DNA of 64,000 nucleotides from an uncultured Gammaproteobacteria bacterium (GTDB lineage: Bacteria > Pseudomonadota > Gammaproteobacteria > GCA-001735895), in the NCBI GenBank assembly GCA_947260025.1, contig CAMYON010000029.1, forward strand, positions 10,243-74,242. The letters are read 5' to 3'. Below, one piece after another: positions 37,897 to 48,339 of the stretch (position 1 is the first letter of the stretch; each line of letters opens with the position of its first letter). A model generated the notes under the pieces. It saw only the letters and a list, made by a program, of their open reading frames with translations, searched no databases and was not told the DNA's origin. Position numbers and translations under genes: made by a program.

Positions 37897-39879
37897 ATGG
37901 AAATCAGAAACTCCAGCGATTTGCCAGGTGCACAGCCCGGGACTACCCGGGTTAGCGATCTGCTGACACAACTCAGGGCGGCAGGTTCGATCGAGGCCGA
38001 AGTCGTCAAGTTGTTGCAGGATAGCAAGCTGTTGTTGAACACCCGGCTAGGGCAAATCCTGACCAGCAACAAGCTGCAATATCGGCCCGGCGATCGCGTC
38101 ATCCTGCGACTCGACGACAGCGGGCAACAGCCGGTGCTCAAGGTCAGCGCGCCTGCCGTCAAAACGGTCAGCCTCGACGGCCGCCAGCATCCCGAGCTCG
38201 CCCGGCAGTTGCCGCCCGACCAACCGGTGCTCGCCAGGGTCGTTAAAGTCGTCGCCCAGCGTGCCGAGGTGCAACTCGCGGACCAGCTGCTGAGGCTGCC
38301 TGGACAGATTACCGCGGTTCGAAACCAGATACTGAGCCTGCGACGTAACGACGCGAACCGCAGCATCGAAGTTACTCCGATCGATCGTAAGGCAATATAC
38401 AAGGCCATCCTGCAGCAGCTCGTTCCCCGCCAACAAGACAACAGGGCCTCGAGCCTGGTAAGGCTGCTGGGCCTGGTTAATCGCGGTGCGGCCATGCCCG
38501 AACGCCTGCCAACGCCGCTGGTGGAATTCAACCGGCAGCCTCGGCCCGCGACCGCGGCATCGCAAGTCGGCAATTCCCGGGGCTCGACACCGGCGGCCGA
38601 TACCCTGCGCGGCAACGCAGGCGAGAACCGTGTCAGTGACCGGCCGCAAAGCGTTACAGGCACCAAACCTGGAACGAGCGTTGGGCGTGCAGGCCCGGCA
38701 CCGCTATCTTCTGTCATTAACCCGGGCAAGCCGTCGACATCCTTACCTCCTGCCGTGGTTTCAGGCGGTAACATCGATCAGTCCAGAGCAGCCCAGCCGG
38801 TTCCGCGCAGCGACTACAAACCGAATACTTCCGCGCTGACGAGCAGTCCTGTCAAACCCGGCCCGGCGCCAGCCGCGCGCCCAGCCGCAATAACGGGTGC
38901 ACCTGGCGTCGTCCCGGCAACGACTGGCCAGGCAAAGGTTAATCCGACAACGGGAGGGGCACCCGGGCAACCGGCAACGAACACCCGGGCACCAGCCACA
39001 CCGGCGGGCGCCAGCGCCACGATGCGCACAGTGCGCGATACGAGCGCGGTAGACGCCGTGGCCGTCACTACCGGCAAGCCTGCGGTCACGCCCGCGGCGG
39101 ATCAGACCATTGCCGCGTCCCGGGGCACGCCAGCGGTGCTGCAACCGCTGCTGCAGCTGGTCGCGCGTCTGCCCGAGATCGACTCCGCGCAGGTAAAACG
39201 CTGGTTCGAGCTTAGTCGCCTGATAAAACAGTCGAAATCAGAAAATGCAGCATCGGCCGCGCCCGATGTGTTTCGAATCCTGAAGCAGTTTGCCGAGCGC
39301 GAAAGCCTGAATCGCGAGCTCTCGCAGGTTTTACAGCAAACCATAAGAAACAAGGCTGACGGCGATACATCCGCGACCCGTGCTCCGGTGCAGGATGCAC
39401 AACTGTGGCAAATGCGCGAAGTTATGAAACTGGCAGACCAGAGCCTGTCGCATAATCTGCTGCAGCGCGCGACGCTCGGCCTGCAGCAGGAAACGCAGCA
39501 GCCTTTCTCGGTCAGTCTCGCCCTGCCATTCCTCGACAACCAGGCGGTCAAGCCAATCCATATCGACCTCGCCGAACGCAAGCAGACACAATCCGAAGAT
39601 GATAAAAGCTGGGATATCCGTCTCAGTTTCGAGCTGGCCGGCCTCGGTCCGATCGCTTGCCATCTGGTACTCGAAGGCCGCGCGATTGGCGCCAGCTTTT
39701 ATTCCGAGCACGAGCTGACCCGCGACCGCATCGAAGCGGAGTTGCCGTCGTTAAGAAAGCAGTTATCCAGCGCTGGATTTACGCCCGGAGAATTTCACAG
39801 CTTCCCGGGAGCGCCGGCGTCGTTACAGCCCTCGAGCACACCCGAATTTTCCGAATCGCTGGTCGATATCGAGGCCTGA
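37897..39879 (+). CDS. Second FliK-like hook-length control protein
   Basis: Pro/Ala/Thr-rich middle region; C-terminal WDIRLSFELAGLGPI FliK_C-like domain; ends LVDIEA. Confidence 0.75.
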   Translation: MEIRNSSDLPGAQPGTTRVSDLLTQLRAAGSIEAEVVKLLQDSKLLLNTRLGQILTSNKLQYRPGDRVILRLDDSGQQPVLKVSAPAVKTVSLDGRQHPELARQLPPDQPVLARVVKVVAQRAEVQLADQLLRLPGQITAVRNQILSLRRNDANRSIEVTPIDRKAIYKAILQQLVPRQQDNRASSLVRLLGLVNRGAAMPERLPTPLVEFNRQPRPATAASQVGNSRGSTPAADTLRGNAGENRVSDRPQSVTGTKPGTSVGRAGPAPLSSVINPGKPSTSLPPAVVSGGNIDQSRAAQPVPRSDYKPNTSALTSSPVKPGPAPAARPAAITGAPGVVPATTGQAKVNPTTGGAPGQPATNTRAPATPAGASATMRTVRDTSAVDAVAVTTGKPAVTPAADQTIAASRGTPAVLQPLLQLVARLPEIDSAQVKRWFELSRLIKQSKSENAASAAPDVFRILKQFAERESLNRELSQVLQQTIRNKADGDTSATRAPVQDAQLWQMREVMKLADQSLSHNLLQRATLGLQQETQQPFSVSLALPFLDNQAVKPIHIDLAERKQTQSEDDKSWDIRLSFELAGLGPIACHLVLEGRAIGASFYSEHELTRDRIEAELPSLRKQLSSAGFTPGEFHSFPGAPASLQPSSTPEFSESLVDIEA

Positions 39880-39881
39880 CT

Positions 39882-40211
39882 ATGAACCGGATTCCCAAAC
39901 TGGCTATTGCGCTGGAGTACGACGGCAAGCAGGCACCGCAGGTGACCGCGAGGGGCCACGATGAAATCGCCAATCAGATACTCAAGCTGGCACAGGATAA
40001 TGACGTGCCGATACAAATGGACAAGGATCTTGCGCTGGTGCTAGACCAGGTCGACCTGGGCGAGCATATTCCCGAAGCACTTTATGTCGTCATTGCCGAA
40101 ATCCTGACCTTCGCCTACCGCCTTTCGGGCAAGCACAAGGATTTCATGGACGATATTGAAAAACACTCCCAACCCCGTCTCGAGCGACAAACGTCAGACG
40201 ATAGTGTCTAG
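39882..40211 (+). CDS. FlhB C-terminal-like export switch protein (EscU/YscU/HrcU family)
   Basis: AIALEYD..APQVTARG, IPEALYVVIAEIL. Confidence 0.88.
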   Translation: MNRIPKLAIALEYDGKQAPQVTARGHDEIANQILKLAQDNDVPIQMDKDLALVLDQVDLGEHIPEALYVVIAEILTFAYRLSGKHKDFMDDIEKHSQPRLERQTSDDSV

Positions 40212-40332
40212 GCCGTTACCCGGGTTCGAGCCGGGAATAGCTATACAGAGATTCGAATTCAGATACAATCAACGCCCAAAGGCAGTGATCTCGATCGAGC
40301 CTCAAACGGAAGTCGCTACCGAGGGCTGACTA

Positions 40333-41031
40333 TTGAATCAACAACATACGCTCGTATTGATGCCCGGGCTCGATGGCACGGGTAAACTATTCGCACCGCT
40401 GATCCCGCTGCTGCAAACACATTTCAGGCTGGTCATCGTGACCTATCCCGATCTCGATTCGTTCTCGGAGTACGTCGATTGCGCACGCAATCAACTGCCG
40501 GAGACAGGCGATTTTTCGCTGGTTGCCGAATCTTTTTCCGGGCCGGTAGCGATGGCAATAATGGCGCAACGGCCGGAGCGGATAGGCCCATCGGTATTGT
40601 CATCGACTTTCGCGCGCTCGCCGTTGGCAGCGCTAACGCGCATGTCGAGCTATGTGCCGGAGCAAATGTTTTCGATCGGTGCGCTGAGCGACTTCTGCCT
40701 CGATGTTTACGAGGTCAACGACGAAGATTTCTCCGAAACCCAGCCGTTACCGCTGAACGTGATGGAGCAGCTGGACGGTGTCTTGTTGAAACGCCGGATT
40801 TCGGTTTTGAGCCGGATCGACGTATCTGCGCTGTTGCCAGACATCGAGATACCAATCCTCCACCTGCACGGAACGCAGGATCGCATCGTTTCCGAAACCG
40901 ACGCTTTAATGTTGCAATCCAACCTGCCTGACGTTAACCGGATCGATATCGATGCGCCGCACCTGTTGCTGCAAACCCATCCGCAGCAGTGCGCCGAACT
41001 GATCTTCAACCACGTTCGGACGGCGGTTTAA
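40333..41031 (+). CDS. Alpha/beta-fold hydrolase
   Basis: LMPGLDGTG, AESFSG nucleophile elbow, APHLLLQ. Confidence 0.8.
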   Translation: MNQQHTLVLMPGLDGTGKLFAPLIPLLQTHFRLVIVTYPDLDSFSEYVDCARNQLPETGDFSLVAESFSGPVAMAIMAQRPERIGPSVLSSTFARSPLAALTRMSSYVPEQMFSIGALSDFCLDVYEVNDEDFSETQPLPLNVMEQLDGVLLKRRISVLSRIDVSALLPDIEIPILHLHGTQDRIVSETDALMLQSNLPDVNRIDIDAPHLLLQTHPQQCAELIFNHVRTAV

Positions 41032-41056
41032 CCGGTACGGCCTGTTGGAGAAACAC

Positions 41057-41218
41057 GTGAAGAAAATTCTGTTGCTTTGGGTTTTGTTGATCCAGTTGGT
41101 CGCCTGCTCGGCCGAGGTAGGCAGCACCGAGTGGTGCCAAGATATGAAACAGAAACCGAAGGGTGAATGGACGGCGAACGAAGCCGGGGATTTCGCCAAA
41201 CACTGCCTGTTCAACTAG
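41057..41218 (+). CDS. DUF3012 family small lipoprotein (53 aa; absent from the ORF track)
   Basis: GGAG RBS, GTG start; MKKILLLWVLLIQLVACSAEVGSTEWCQDMKQKPKGEWTANEAGDFAKHCLFN, with lipobox LVAC. Confidence 0.85.
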   Translation: MKKILLLWVLLIQLVACSAEVGSTEWCQDMKQKPKGEWTANEAGDFAKHCLFN

Positions 41219-42168
41219 GCCCTCGCAGATCGATACGCCTCCGAACGCAGGCCGGGCGAACTGATAACCGCCAGGTCATTGCCAAACAGGTGGAAGCTGT
41301 TGCGCATGATAACCCGCCTGGCGGACCGCGTTTTTAGCTCGATCAGGTCGAGATAAGGCGCCATGTAATGATTTTTCAGATTCTCCTCGGTTAGCGGTTG
41401 CAGGATAAACTGTGCCGCGCGCAGCATGCTGTCGGCCGCTTCCAGGACCGCGTACCGGTCGTCTTTCAGCAGAATCACTTCCTTGCCCGCATGCCAGTAA
41501 ATATCCAGGTTGCCGAGGTCCAGCGGATCGAAAGGCGGCAGCAGCGGAACCAGGTCGGTCGGGGTAACCACTCTAACGATATTGAGGTGCGCAATGCTGT
41601 TCGCTCCGGCCAGGTTGGTGACCTTGGGCTGCCCAAAGGTTATCACCTGTTCGATATCCAGGCGGTCGGCATCCAGGTACATCGCCAGTATCAGGGCGAC
41701 CGCGCCGCCCAGGCTGTGACCGGTGAACTGTACCTTGTAATCCTGCTTAAGCAGGGGTTTGACTTGCGCGTAAACCTGTTTAGCCGCGTAAGAAAAGCCC
41801 TGGTGCAAACGCGCGCCCGTTTTCTCGTCGGGCAACAGTTTCAGCGCAATATCGACCATCGCGTTTTCGACGTTCGAGGTACCGCGCACCGAGATCAAGT
41901 GGGTTCGGATCGAATCGTTGGTCGCGAGGAAAAACGTAATCCGGCTATCCGGGATGGTTTGATAAAGATCGAGTCGATACTCATAGGATTCGGCCAGCTC
42001 GCGTATGTCCTCTTCAGACCGATATACCGCGCTGGCAAACAGGGCCTGCTTTTTAATTTCGGCAAAATTTATCGCCTCCGCCGCGGCTGCCGGCAGCAGG
42101 ATGCCGCAAGATAACAGCAGCAACAATACAGGGAAGCAAACAGGTTGCGCTAACCAGGTTTTTAACAT
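41215..42168 (-). CDS. Secreted class 3 lipase
   Basis: Signal peptide, VRGT, GHSLGG, TFGQP. Confidence 0.85.
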   Translation of the reverse strand: MLKTWLAQPVCFPVLLLLLSCGILLPAAAAEAINFAEIKKQALFASAVYRSEEDIRELAESYEYRLDLYQTIPDSRITFFLATNDSIRTHLISVRGTSNVENAMVDIALKLLPDEKTGARLHQGFSYAAKQVYAQVKPLLKQDYKVQFTGHSLGGAVALILAMYLDADRLDIEQVITFGQPKVTNLAGANSIAHLNIVRVVTPTDLVPLLPPFDPLDLGNLDIYWHAGKEVILLKDDRYAVLEAADSMLRAAQFILQPLTEENLKNHYMAPYLDLIELKTRSARRVIMRNSFHLFGNDLAVISSPGLRSEAYRSARA

Positions 42169-42289
42169 GGACAGGAAATTCTCGAAATAAAACGGATTGT
42201 ACGCGCCGTGCGCAGAGCTTAAAACTTTAATCTGAACCTGCAAGCCCAGTAATTCACAAAGTGCAGGCGGTTCGATTCGCCGGGCTGAA

Positions 42290-42445
42290 CTAGGCGTAGG
42301 TGTCGATGATTCGCCTGGAATCCTTTTTACGGCGGTCCTTCTTTTGATGCTGTGCTTTTTGTTGTTTCTCGCGGTCAGGTTTTTTCAGCGCGTCGCGCAC
42401 TCGCGGGGACTGGTTAACCGATTTGATGAGTGGATCGTCAGCCAT
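42290..42445 (-). CDS. Small basic hypothetical protein ending IDTYA
   Basis: GGAG RBS; MADDPLIKSVNQSPRVR...RRIIDTYA, downstream of cheY. Confidence 0.55.
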   Translation of the reverse strand: MADDPLIKSVNQSPRVRDALKKPDREKQQKAQHQKKDRRKKDSRRIIDTYA

Positions 42446-42628
42446 GTTTATACTCCCGCGAATCTCCCGGGATCGGCTTCGGTCAACCGTCCGTCCTGCG
42501 GGTCTTTCGTCAGTTGTGGTGTCATGGTGGCTCCGAGTAATCTCGTATGTTCGTTGTATCGACCGCTTGCTGAAATAATTAACTCCATGTTGCGCCAATA
42601 TCGAGTGGGCCTGGCGCTTCCCCGGGCG

Positions 42629-43015
42629 TCAGCTTTCGAGACGCTCGAAGATCTTTTCGATCTTTTGTTGCAGCGTCGACGCGGTAAAGGGTTTTACGAC
42701 ATAACCATCGACACCGGCGTCGGCGGCGATCGCGATCTTCTCGCGTTTGGCCTCCGCGGTTACCATTAACACCGGAATATCGCACAGTTGCTCGTCCGAG
42801 CGCAGTGTCTTGAGCAGGGTGAGCCCGTCCATGCCCGGCATATACCAGTCGGTCACGAGGAAATCGAACTTGCCTGATTTAAGCATCGGCAAGGCGCTCT
42901 GCCCGTCGTCCGCCTCGGCCGTATTGTTAAAGCCCAGATCGTGCAGCAGGTTCTTGATAATACCCCGCATGGTCGAAAAATCGTCAACCACGAGAATTTT
43001 CATGTTTTTATCCAT
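42629..43015 (-). CDS. cheY: Chemotaxis response regulator CheY
   Basis: [35 protein letters not shown]; follows fliA. Confidence 0.93.
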   Translation of the reverse strand: MDKNMKILVVDDFSTMRGIIKNLLHDLGFNNTAEADDGQSALPMLKSGKFDFLVTDWYMPGMDGLTLLKTLRSDEQLCDIPVLMVTAEAKREKIAIAADAGVDGYVVKPFTASTLQQKIEKIFERLES

Positions 43016-43154
43016 GCAACCGATCCACGGTCAGGCTGCATAGTGCCGATATCGAAAAAATCGGTTGCTGCAATTGCAGCGGCGAGGGAAATAAACTGAA
43101 TTCGATTTTCATCTGTCGGGCGCGGGTTTTCTGTCCGAGACGACGTTAGCACGC

Positions 43155-43883
43155 TTAGCCAGATTTGCTCCACTCCGCCATGCGCGACTTGATGCGCAGC
43201 AGAGCCTGCCCGTGCAGTTGGCAAATCCGGGATTCGGTAACGTCCAGGATTTCGCCGATCTCGCGGAAATTGAGTTCGTCGTCGTAATACAGGGACATTA
43301 CCAGTTGCTCCTTTTCCGGCAGCAAGCGAATACTACCGGCCAGCTGTCGCTGGTACTCGTCACTGCTCAGGGCTTCTTCCGGGGTTTGCTCCGACGAGCT
43401 CGGAATGGCGGCATCCTGCGTGTTGTCCTCCATCGTGTCGATGCTGTAAATGCGAGACGACGACGAATCGATCAGGATTTGATGATACTCGCTGAGACCG
43501 ATGCCGAGCGCCTGCGCGACGTCGATATCCCTGGCGTCCTCGCCGGTTTCGTTTTCAATCTTGCGAATCGCGTCGGTCACCGAGCGAAACTTGCGATGTA
43601 CCGACCTCGGCGTCCAGTCGGAGCGGCGAATCTCGTCGATCATGGACCCGCGAATCCGAATTCCGGCGAAGGTTTCGAAACTGGCCCCCATTTCAGGGTT
43701 GAAATTGCTGGCAGCCTCCAGCAAGCCGACCATGCCGGCCTGGATCAGGTCGTCGACCTGCACCGTCGGCGGCAGGCGATTGAGCAAATGGTAAGCAATG
43801 CGCTTTACCAGCGAGGCATGACGAATAATCTGGTCTTCTGCGCCCAGATTTTCGACTTCGGCATACATCGCATGACCGTTCAC
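43155..43883 (-). CDS. fliA: Flagellar sigma factor sigma28
   Basis: DDLIQAG, RIRGSMIDEIR..DWTPRS, ESRICQLH. Confidence 0.96.
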   Translation of the reverse strand: MNGHAMYAEVENLGAEDQIIRHASLVKRIAYHLLNRLPPTVQVDDLIQAGMVGLLEAASNFNPEMGASFETFAGIRIRGSMIDEIRRSDWTPRSVHRKFRSVTDAIRKIENETGEDARDIDVAQALGIGLSEYHQILIDSSSSRIYSIDTMEDNTQDAAIPSSSEQTPEEALSSDEYQRQLAGSIRLLPEKEQLVMSLYYDDELNFREIGEILDVTESRICQLHGQALLRIKSRMAEWSKSG

Positions 43884-44740
43884 AGTCGCTCTTCCTGCGC
43901 ACTGTAATTCACCAGGCGCTCGATGAAAAATTCCAGATGTCCTTCCATGGAGCTAGGGATCGGCCACTGCTGGGTCTTCTTGGCAATCTGCTTGAAAGCG
44001 GTTGCCGACTGGCTGCGCGGAAACGCCTCGACCACGGCTTTCTGCTTCTGCACTGCCTTCTTAAGGTTCTCGTCATAGGGAATACAGCCGAGATAGTCGA
44101 GGGTGACATCCAGAAAACGCTCCGACACTCGCGCCAGCTTGTTATAAAGCTCACGCCCCTGGCTGGCGCCATGCGCCTGGTTGGCCAGCACATGGAAACG
44201 CTCCACGCCGTAATCGCGATTCATGACCTTGATCATGGCGTAGGCGTCGGTAATCGATGCCGGCTCGTCGCAGACCACGACGATGACCTCGCGCGCGGCG
44301 CGCGTGTAGCTGACGACGCTGTCGGACAAACCCGCGGCGGTATCGATCAGCAGGGTGTCCACCGGCTCGGTCAGCTCGGAGAAAGAGCGAATCACGCCGG
44401 CGTTTTGCGCCGGGGTCAGATCCGACATCGTCGCAACGCCAGAGGATGCGGGAACAATCTTGATCCCCGCCGGGCCGTCGATAAGAGTTTCCTCCAGCGA
44501 ACATTCGCCGTTGATGACGTGCGACAGGTTGAGACCGGGGCTCAATCCAAGCAGCACGTCGATATTGGCAAGTCCCATGTCCGCATCCATTACCATGACG
44601 CGCTCGCCGTTTTTCGCCAGCGTTACCGCGAGGTTGATGGTAACGTTACTTTTACCGACGCCGCCCTTGCCGCTGGTAACCGCAATCACCCGCACCGGGT
44701 GCTGCGATTTCATCTGTCTTATACCTTGCGCCTGATCCAT
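43880..44740 (-). CDS. fleN: Flagellar number regulator FleN/FlhG
   Basis: MDQAQGIR, SGKGGVGKS, DEPASITDAY. Confidence 0.94.
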   Translation of the reverse strand: MDQAQGIRQMKSQHPVRVIAVTSGKGGVGKSNVTINLAVTLAKNGERVMVMDADMGLANIDVLLGLSPGLNLSHVINGECSLEETLIDGPAGIKIVPASSGVATMSDLTPAQNAGVIRSFSELTEPVDTLLIDTAAGLSDSVVSYTRAAREVIVVVCDEPASITDAYAMIKVMNRDYGVERFHVLANQAHGASQGRELYNKLARVSERFLDVTLDYLGCIPYDENLKKAVQKQKAVVEAFPRSQSATAFKQIAKKTQQWPIPSSMEGHLEFFIERLVNYSAQEERL

Positions 44741-44748
44741 GTGATTAC

Positions 44749-46230
44749 CTATGCCTGATTCTTGTTGATGATGTGGTTATAACGCAGCGCCAGCGCTTCC
44801 TGGTCGAAATGCTCACCAAACTGCTGCATCAGCGACACCGCCCGGCTGATCAGGCGATGACTCTTGGCAGGTTCCAGGTCTTCCGGCACCTGCTGCCCGG
44901 TACCGCAGTAAGCCAGCACCAGTTGATGGCGAATCGATGCGGTAATTATTCCGCCCAGGCTGGCGGCCTCGTCCAGCTTGGTGACGATAGCGCCCGCCAG
45001 TTTCACCTTTTTAAAATTGAGAATGGTCTGGTTCAGCGCCGCCAGCTGCGTGTTTGCAGACAGCACCAGGTAGGGCTTGATCTGCGGCGCGCCCGCCTGC
45101 AGACGATGGAACTGCTCACTTAAACGCAGATCGCGCTGGCTCATGCCCGCGGTATCGATCAGCACCAGCTTCTTGTCGGACAGCATGTCCAGCCGATCGC
45201 AAAGTTCTTCGCTGTTGCCCGCGGTCAGCAGCGGTACCTCCAGCAGACGAGCGTAATGCTGCAATTGCTCCTGGGCGCCAATGCGAAACTGGTCGGTGCT
45301 AATCATTGCCACCGAGCGCTTGCCGTGCAGGTGCGCAAACCGCGCCGCGAGCTTGGCAATCGTCGTCGTTTTACCGACCCCGGTTGATCCCACCAGCGCG
45401 ATACGGCCGCCCTCGGCCAGCAGATCGCGGCGGTTGATCGGTAGGCAGCGCGCAATAATGCCGAGCGCCTGCTGCCAGACCTTGTGCGGCTCGTCGTCCA
45501 GCTTGTCCAGGTGCGACAGCACCGTTTCGCAAACATCGGAGCCCAGTCCCATCTCTGACATCAGGTTGAGCAACACGGTGCGCACCGGGTGCTTCTGGCT
45601 GAAACGATCCCACTGCAGTACCGAAAGCTGGCTTTCCATCAAATCACGCAGATTTTGCAGTTCGCTCTTGACCTCATCGATGACCGGCTTTTTTGCGACC
45701 GCCGGAGGCTGTCGTTTTCTAGTCGCGGTTTTCTTGACCTGCGGCTTTGCAGCAGCCGGCCGGCTAGACGCAGCCGGCTTGCGATGCGCTGGCGCTGGGC
45801 GCGCGGCCGGTTTGTCAGCCTGTTTGCGAATCGGCTGTTGCTGGATCTGGCTGACGGGCGCGGCGCTCGGCGCCTGGGCGATCTGCGCCACCTGGGTCGG
45901 TGAAGACTGCGCCTGGCGGCGCCCGGCGGGCACCGGTCCCAACGTCGGCTCTTTGCGACCGTCATTCAGGATGGAGCCTACCCAGGCATCGCTGGCAACG
46001 TCGCTGGCCGCGCTGGCGACCGGGGCTACCGGCGGCCTCGACGGCTGCGGGGCTGGTGCACTATCGGCCATATTCGACAGCGCCAGCTCGTCGTAATCCA
46101 TCGCGGAGAGGATTTCGACTCCTCCCGGCACTTTCTTGTTGCCGAGAATGACGGCGTCGGGGCCCTGCTCCTGCTTTACCAGCTGCAGCGCCTCGCGCAT
46201 GGTCGGTGCAAATGTTCGTTTAATTCTCAT
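44749..46230 (-). CDS. flhF: Flagellar SRP-type GTPase FlhF
   Basis: GSTGVGKTTTIAKLA, DTAG, TKLDE. Confidence 0.95.
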   Translation of the reverse strand: MRIKRTFAPTMREALQLVKQEQGPDAVILGNKKVPGGVEILSAMDYDELALSNMADSAPAPQPSRPPVAPVASAASDVASDAWVGSILNDGRKEPTLGPVPAGRRQAQSSPTQVAQIAQAPSAAPVSQIQQQPIRKQADKPAARPAPAHRKPAASSRPAAAKPQVKKTATRKRQPPAVAKKPVIDEVKSELQNLRDLMESQLSVLQWDRFSQKHPVRTVLLNLMSEMGLGSDVCETVLSHLDKLDDEPHKVWQQALGIIARCLPINRRDLLAEGGRIALVGSTGVGKTTTIAKLAARFAHLHGKRSVAMISTDQFRIGAQEQLQHYARLLEVPLLTAGNSEELCDRLDMLSDKKLVLIDTAGMSQRDLRLSEQFHRLQAGAPQIKPYLVLSANTQLAALNQTILNFKKVKLAGAIVTKLDEAASLGGIITASIRHQLVLAYCGTGQQVPEDLEPAKSHRLISRAVSLMQQFGEHFDQEALALRYNHIINKNQA

Positions 46231-48323
46231 TACCAGTCCTCACTTCACTCTGGGACTCCGGCGCGCCGATGTTGGCGACGACCCGCAGTTGCTTGTCATC
46301 CGGTACTTCGTCATAGCTCAGCACGTGCAGCCCCGGAATCGCGTGGCGCACCATCCGCGCCAACATGGTCCTGAGACTTTGCGACACCAGCAATACCGCG
46401 ACTTCACCGCGCGCCTGCTGGTTTTCCGATGCCTGTTTCAACGAGCTATGTATCATTTGTGCCATCCCCGGCTCCAACGCCATGACGCTACCGTCCTGAC
46501 TCTGTACAGACTGAAGCAAAATCTGTTCCAACGAGGGGTGTAAAGTCATGACAGTAAGCTCTGAAGCCATTCCGTAGATGTTTTGCACAATCTGACGGCC
46601 CAGGCTGATGCGTACCTGGGCGCTGAGGACGCCGGCATCTTGACTCTTGCTGCCGTGTTCTGCCAATGTTTCGGCGATCGTGCGTAAATCGCGTATTGCA
46701 ATCTGCTCCTGCAGCAGGTTTTGCAGGACCTTGACGATGACGCTGAGTTCGAGCGGTTTCGGCGTCAGGCCATCGACCAGCTTGGGCGAACTGCGCTTTA
46801 GCACGTCGAGTAACTCCTGCACTTCCTCGTGACCGATCAATTCATGCGCGTTATCCTGCAATAGCTGGCTCAAATGGGTCGCGATTACGGTCGACGCGTC
46901 GACTACGGTGTAACCCAGCGTTTGCGCATGATCGCGCTGCGACGGCTCGATCCAGTAGGCATCCAGCCCGAAAGCCGGATCCTTGGTCGGGGTACCGCTG
47001 AGTTCGCCGTAGACCGTTCCCGGGTTGATCGCCAGATCACGGTTGGGCAGTACCTCGGCTTCCCCCATCGGAACTCCGAGCAGACTGAGGCGATAGCTGT
47101 TCGGCGACAGGTCGAGATTGTCACGGATATGCACCGGCTGGATCAGAAACCCCAGTTCCTGCGACAGTTTCTTGCGTACACCCTTGATACGCGTCATCAA
47201 TTCGCCGCCCTGGCGCACATCCACCAGCGGAATCAGGCCGTAACCGACCTCGAGACCGATGATGTCGACGGTCTGCACGTCATCCCAGCTTAATTCGCGC
47301 TGCTCGGGCCGCGGTTCCACTTCTTCCGGCTCGACCTCCACCAGTTCGCCGCGCCGTTGCCGGCGGTGCAGCGTGTAGGCCAGCCCGCCGCCGATCGCGG
47401 CAATCGTCAAAAACGCGACGTTAGGCATGCCGGGAATCAGCCCAAGCAGCGCGATAATGCTGGCTGCCACCACCAGTGCGCGCGGATTATCGAACATCTG
47501 GCTGAAAACCTGGCTCGACATCGCTTCCGAATTGGATACCCGGGTGACGATGATTGCGGTCGCGGTTGACAACACCAGCGACGGGATCTGTGCCACCAGG
47601 CCGTCGCCGATCGTCAACAGGGTGTAATTGCGCATCGCCACTCCAGGTTCGAGATCATGCTGAAACACGCCGATCGAAAGTCCGCCGATAATATTGATGA
47701 ACAGGATCAGGATGCCGGCGATGGCGTCACCGCGCACGAACTTGCTGGCACCATCCATGGAACCGTAGAAATCCGCCTCCTGGGCAATCTCGGTACGGCG
47801 CTGGCGCGCCTCGTCCTGGCTGCATAGTCCGGCGTTCAGATCGGCGTCGATCGCCATTTGCTTGCCGGGCATGGCGTCGAGGGTAAAGCGCGCACTGACT
47901 TCCGACACGCGTCCGGCACCCTTGGTGACAACCACGAAGTTGATGATTACCAGGATGGCGAACACCACCAGGCCAACCGCATAGTTGCCACCGATAGGCC
48001 TCTATCACCTTGCCCGCGGCCGCTGTACCGGTATGCCCTTCCAGCAGCACCACGCGCGTCGAAGCGATGTTCAAGGCCAGCCGCAGCAGGGTCGCCACCA
48101 GCAGGATGGTTGGGAACACGGTGAAGTCGAGCGGCCGCAGCGCGTATACCGACACCAGCAGCACCACCAGCCCGAAGGCGATGTTGAACGTGAACAGCAT
48201 GTCCAGCGCCATCGGCGGCAGCGGTATCACCACCATTGCCAGCATCATGATGACGATCAGTGGCGCACCCAGGCCCTGGGGATTGAGCCCCCTGAGTTGT
48301 GCGGTTAACGTATCTCCGGCCAT
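46220..48323 (-). pseudogene. flhA: Flagellar export gate FlhA, frameshifted at about 47997
   Basis: Reads ...AAGKVIEA, one extra T, then IGGNYAVGLVVF...; the conserved FGxFV is missing (about 14 nt); split into ORFs 47727-48323 and 46220-47968. Confidence 0.9.
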
Positions 48324-48339
48324 TTATCGTGCTCCTGTA

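Noticed and set aside
42555-42583. Possible sigma28 promoter for the small IDTYA ORF (TTAA-N15-GTCGATAC, - strand)
   Set aside because: Mismatches in both boxes; too weak to call.
9747-48323. Programmed ribosomal frameshifting to explain bamB, rpoS and flhA
   Set aside because: No slippery heptamer at any junction, and conserved residues are physically missing in flhA and probably bamB.
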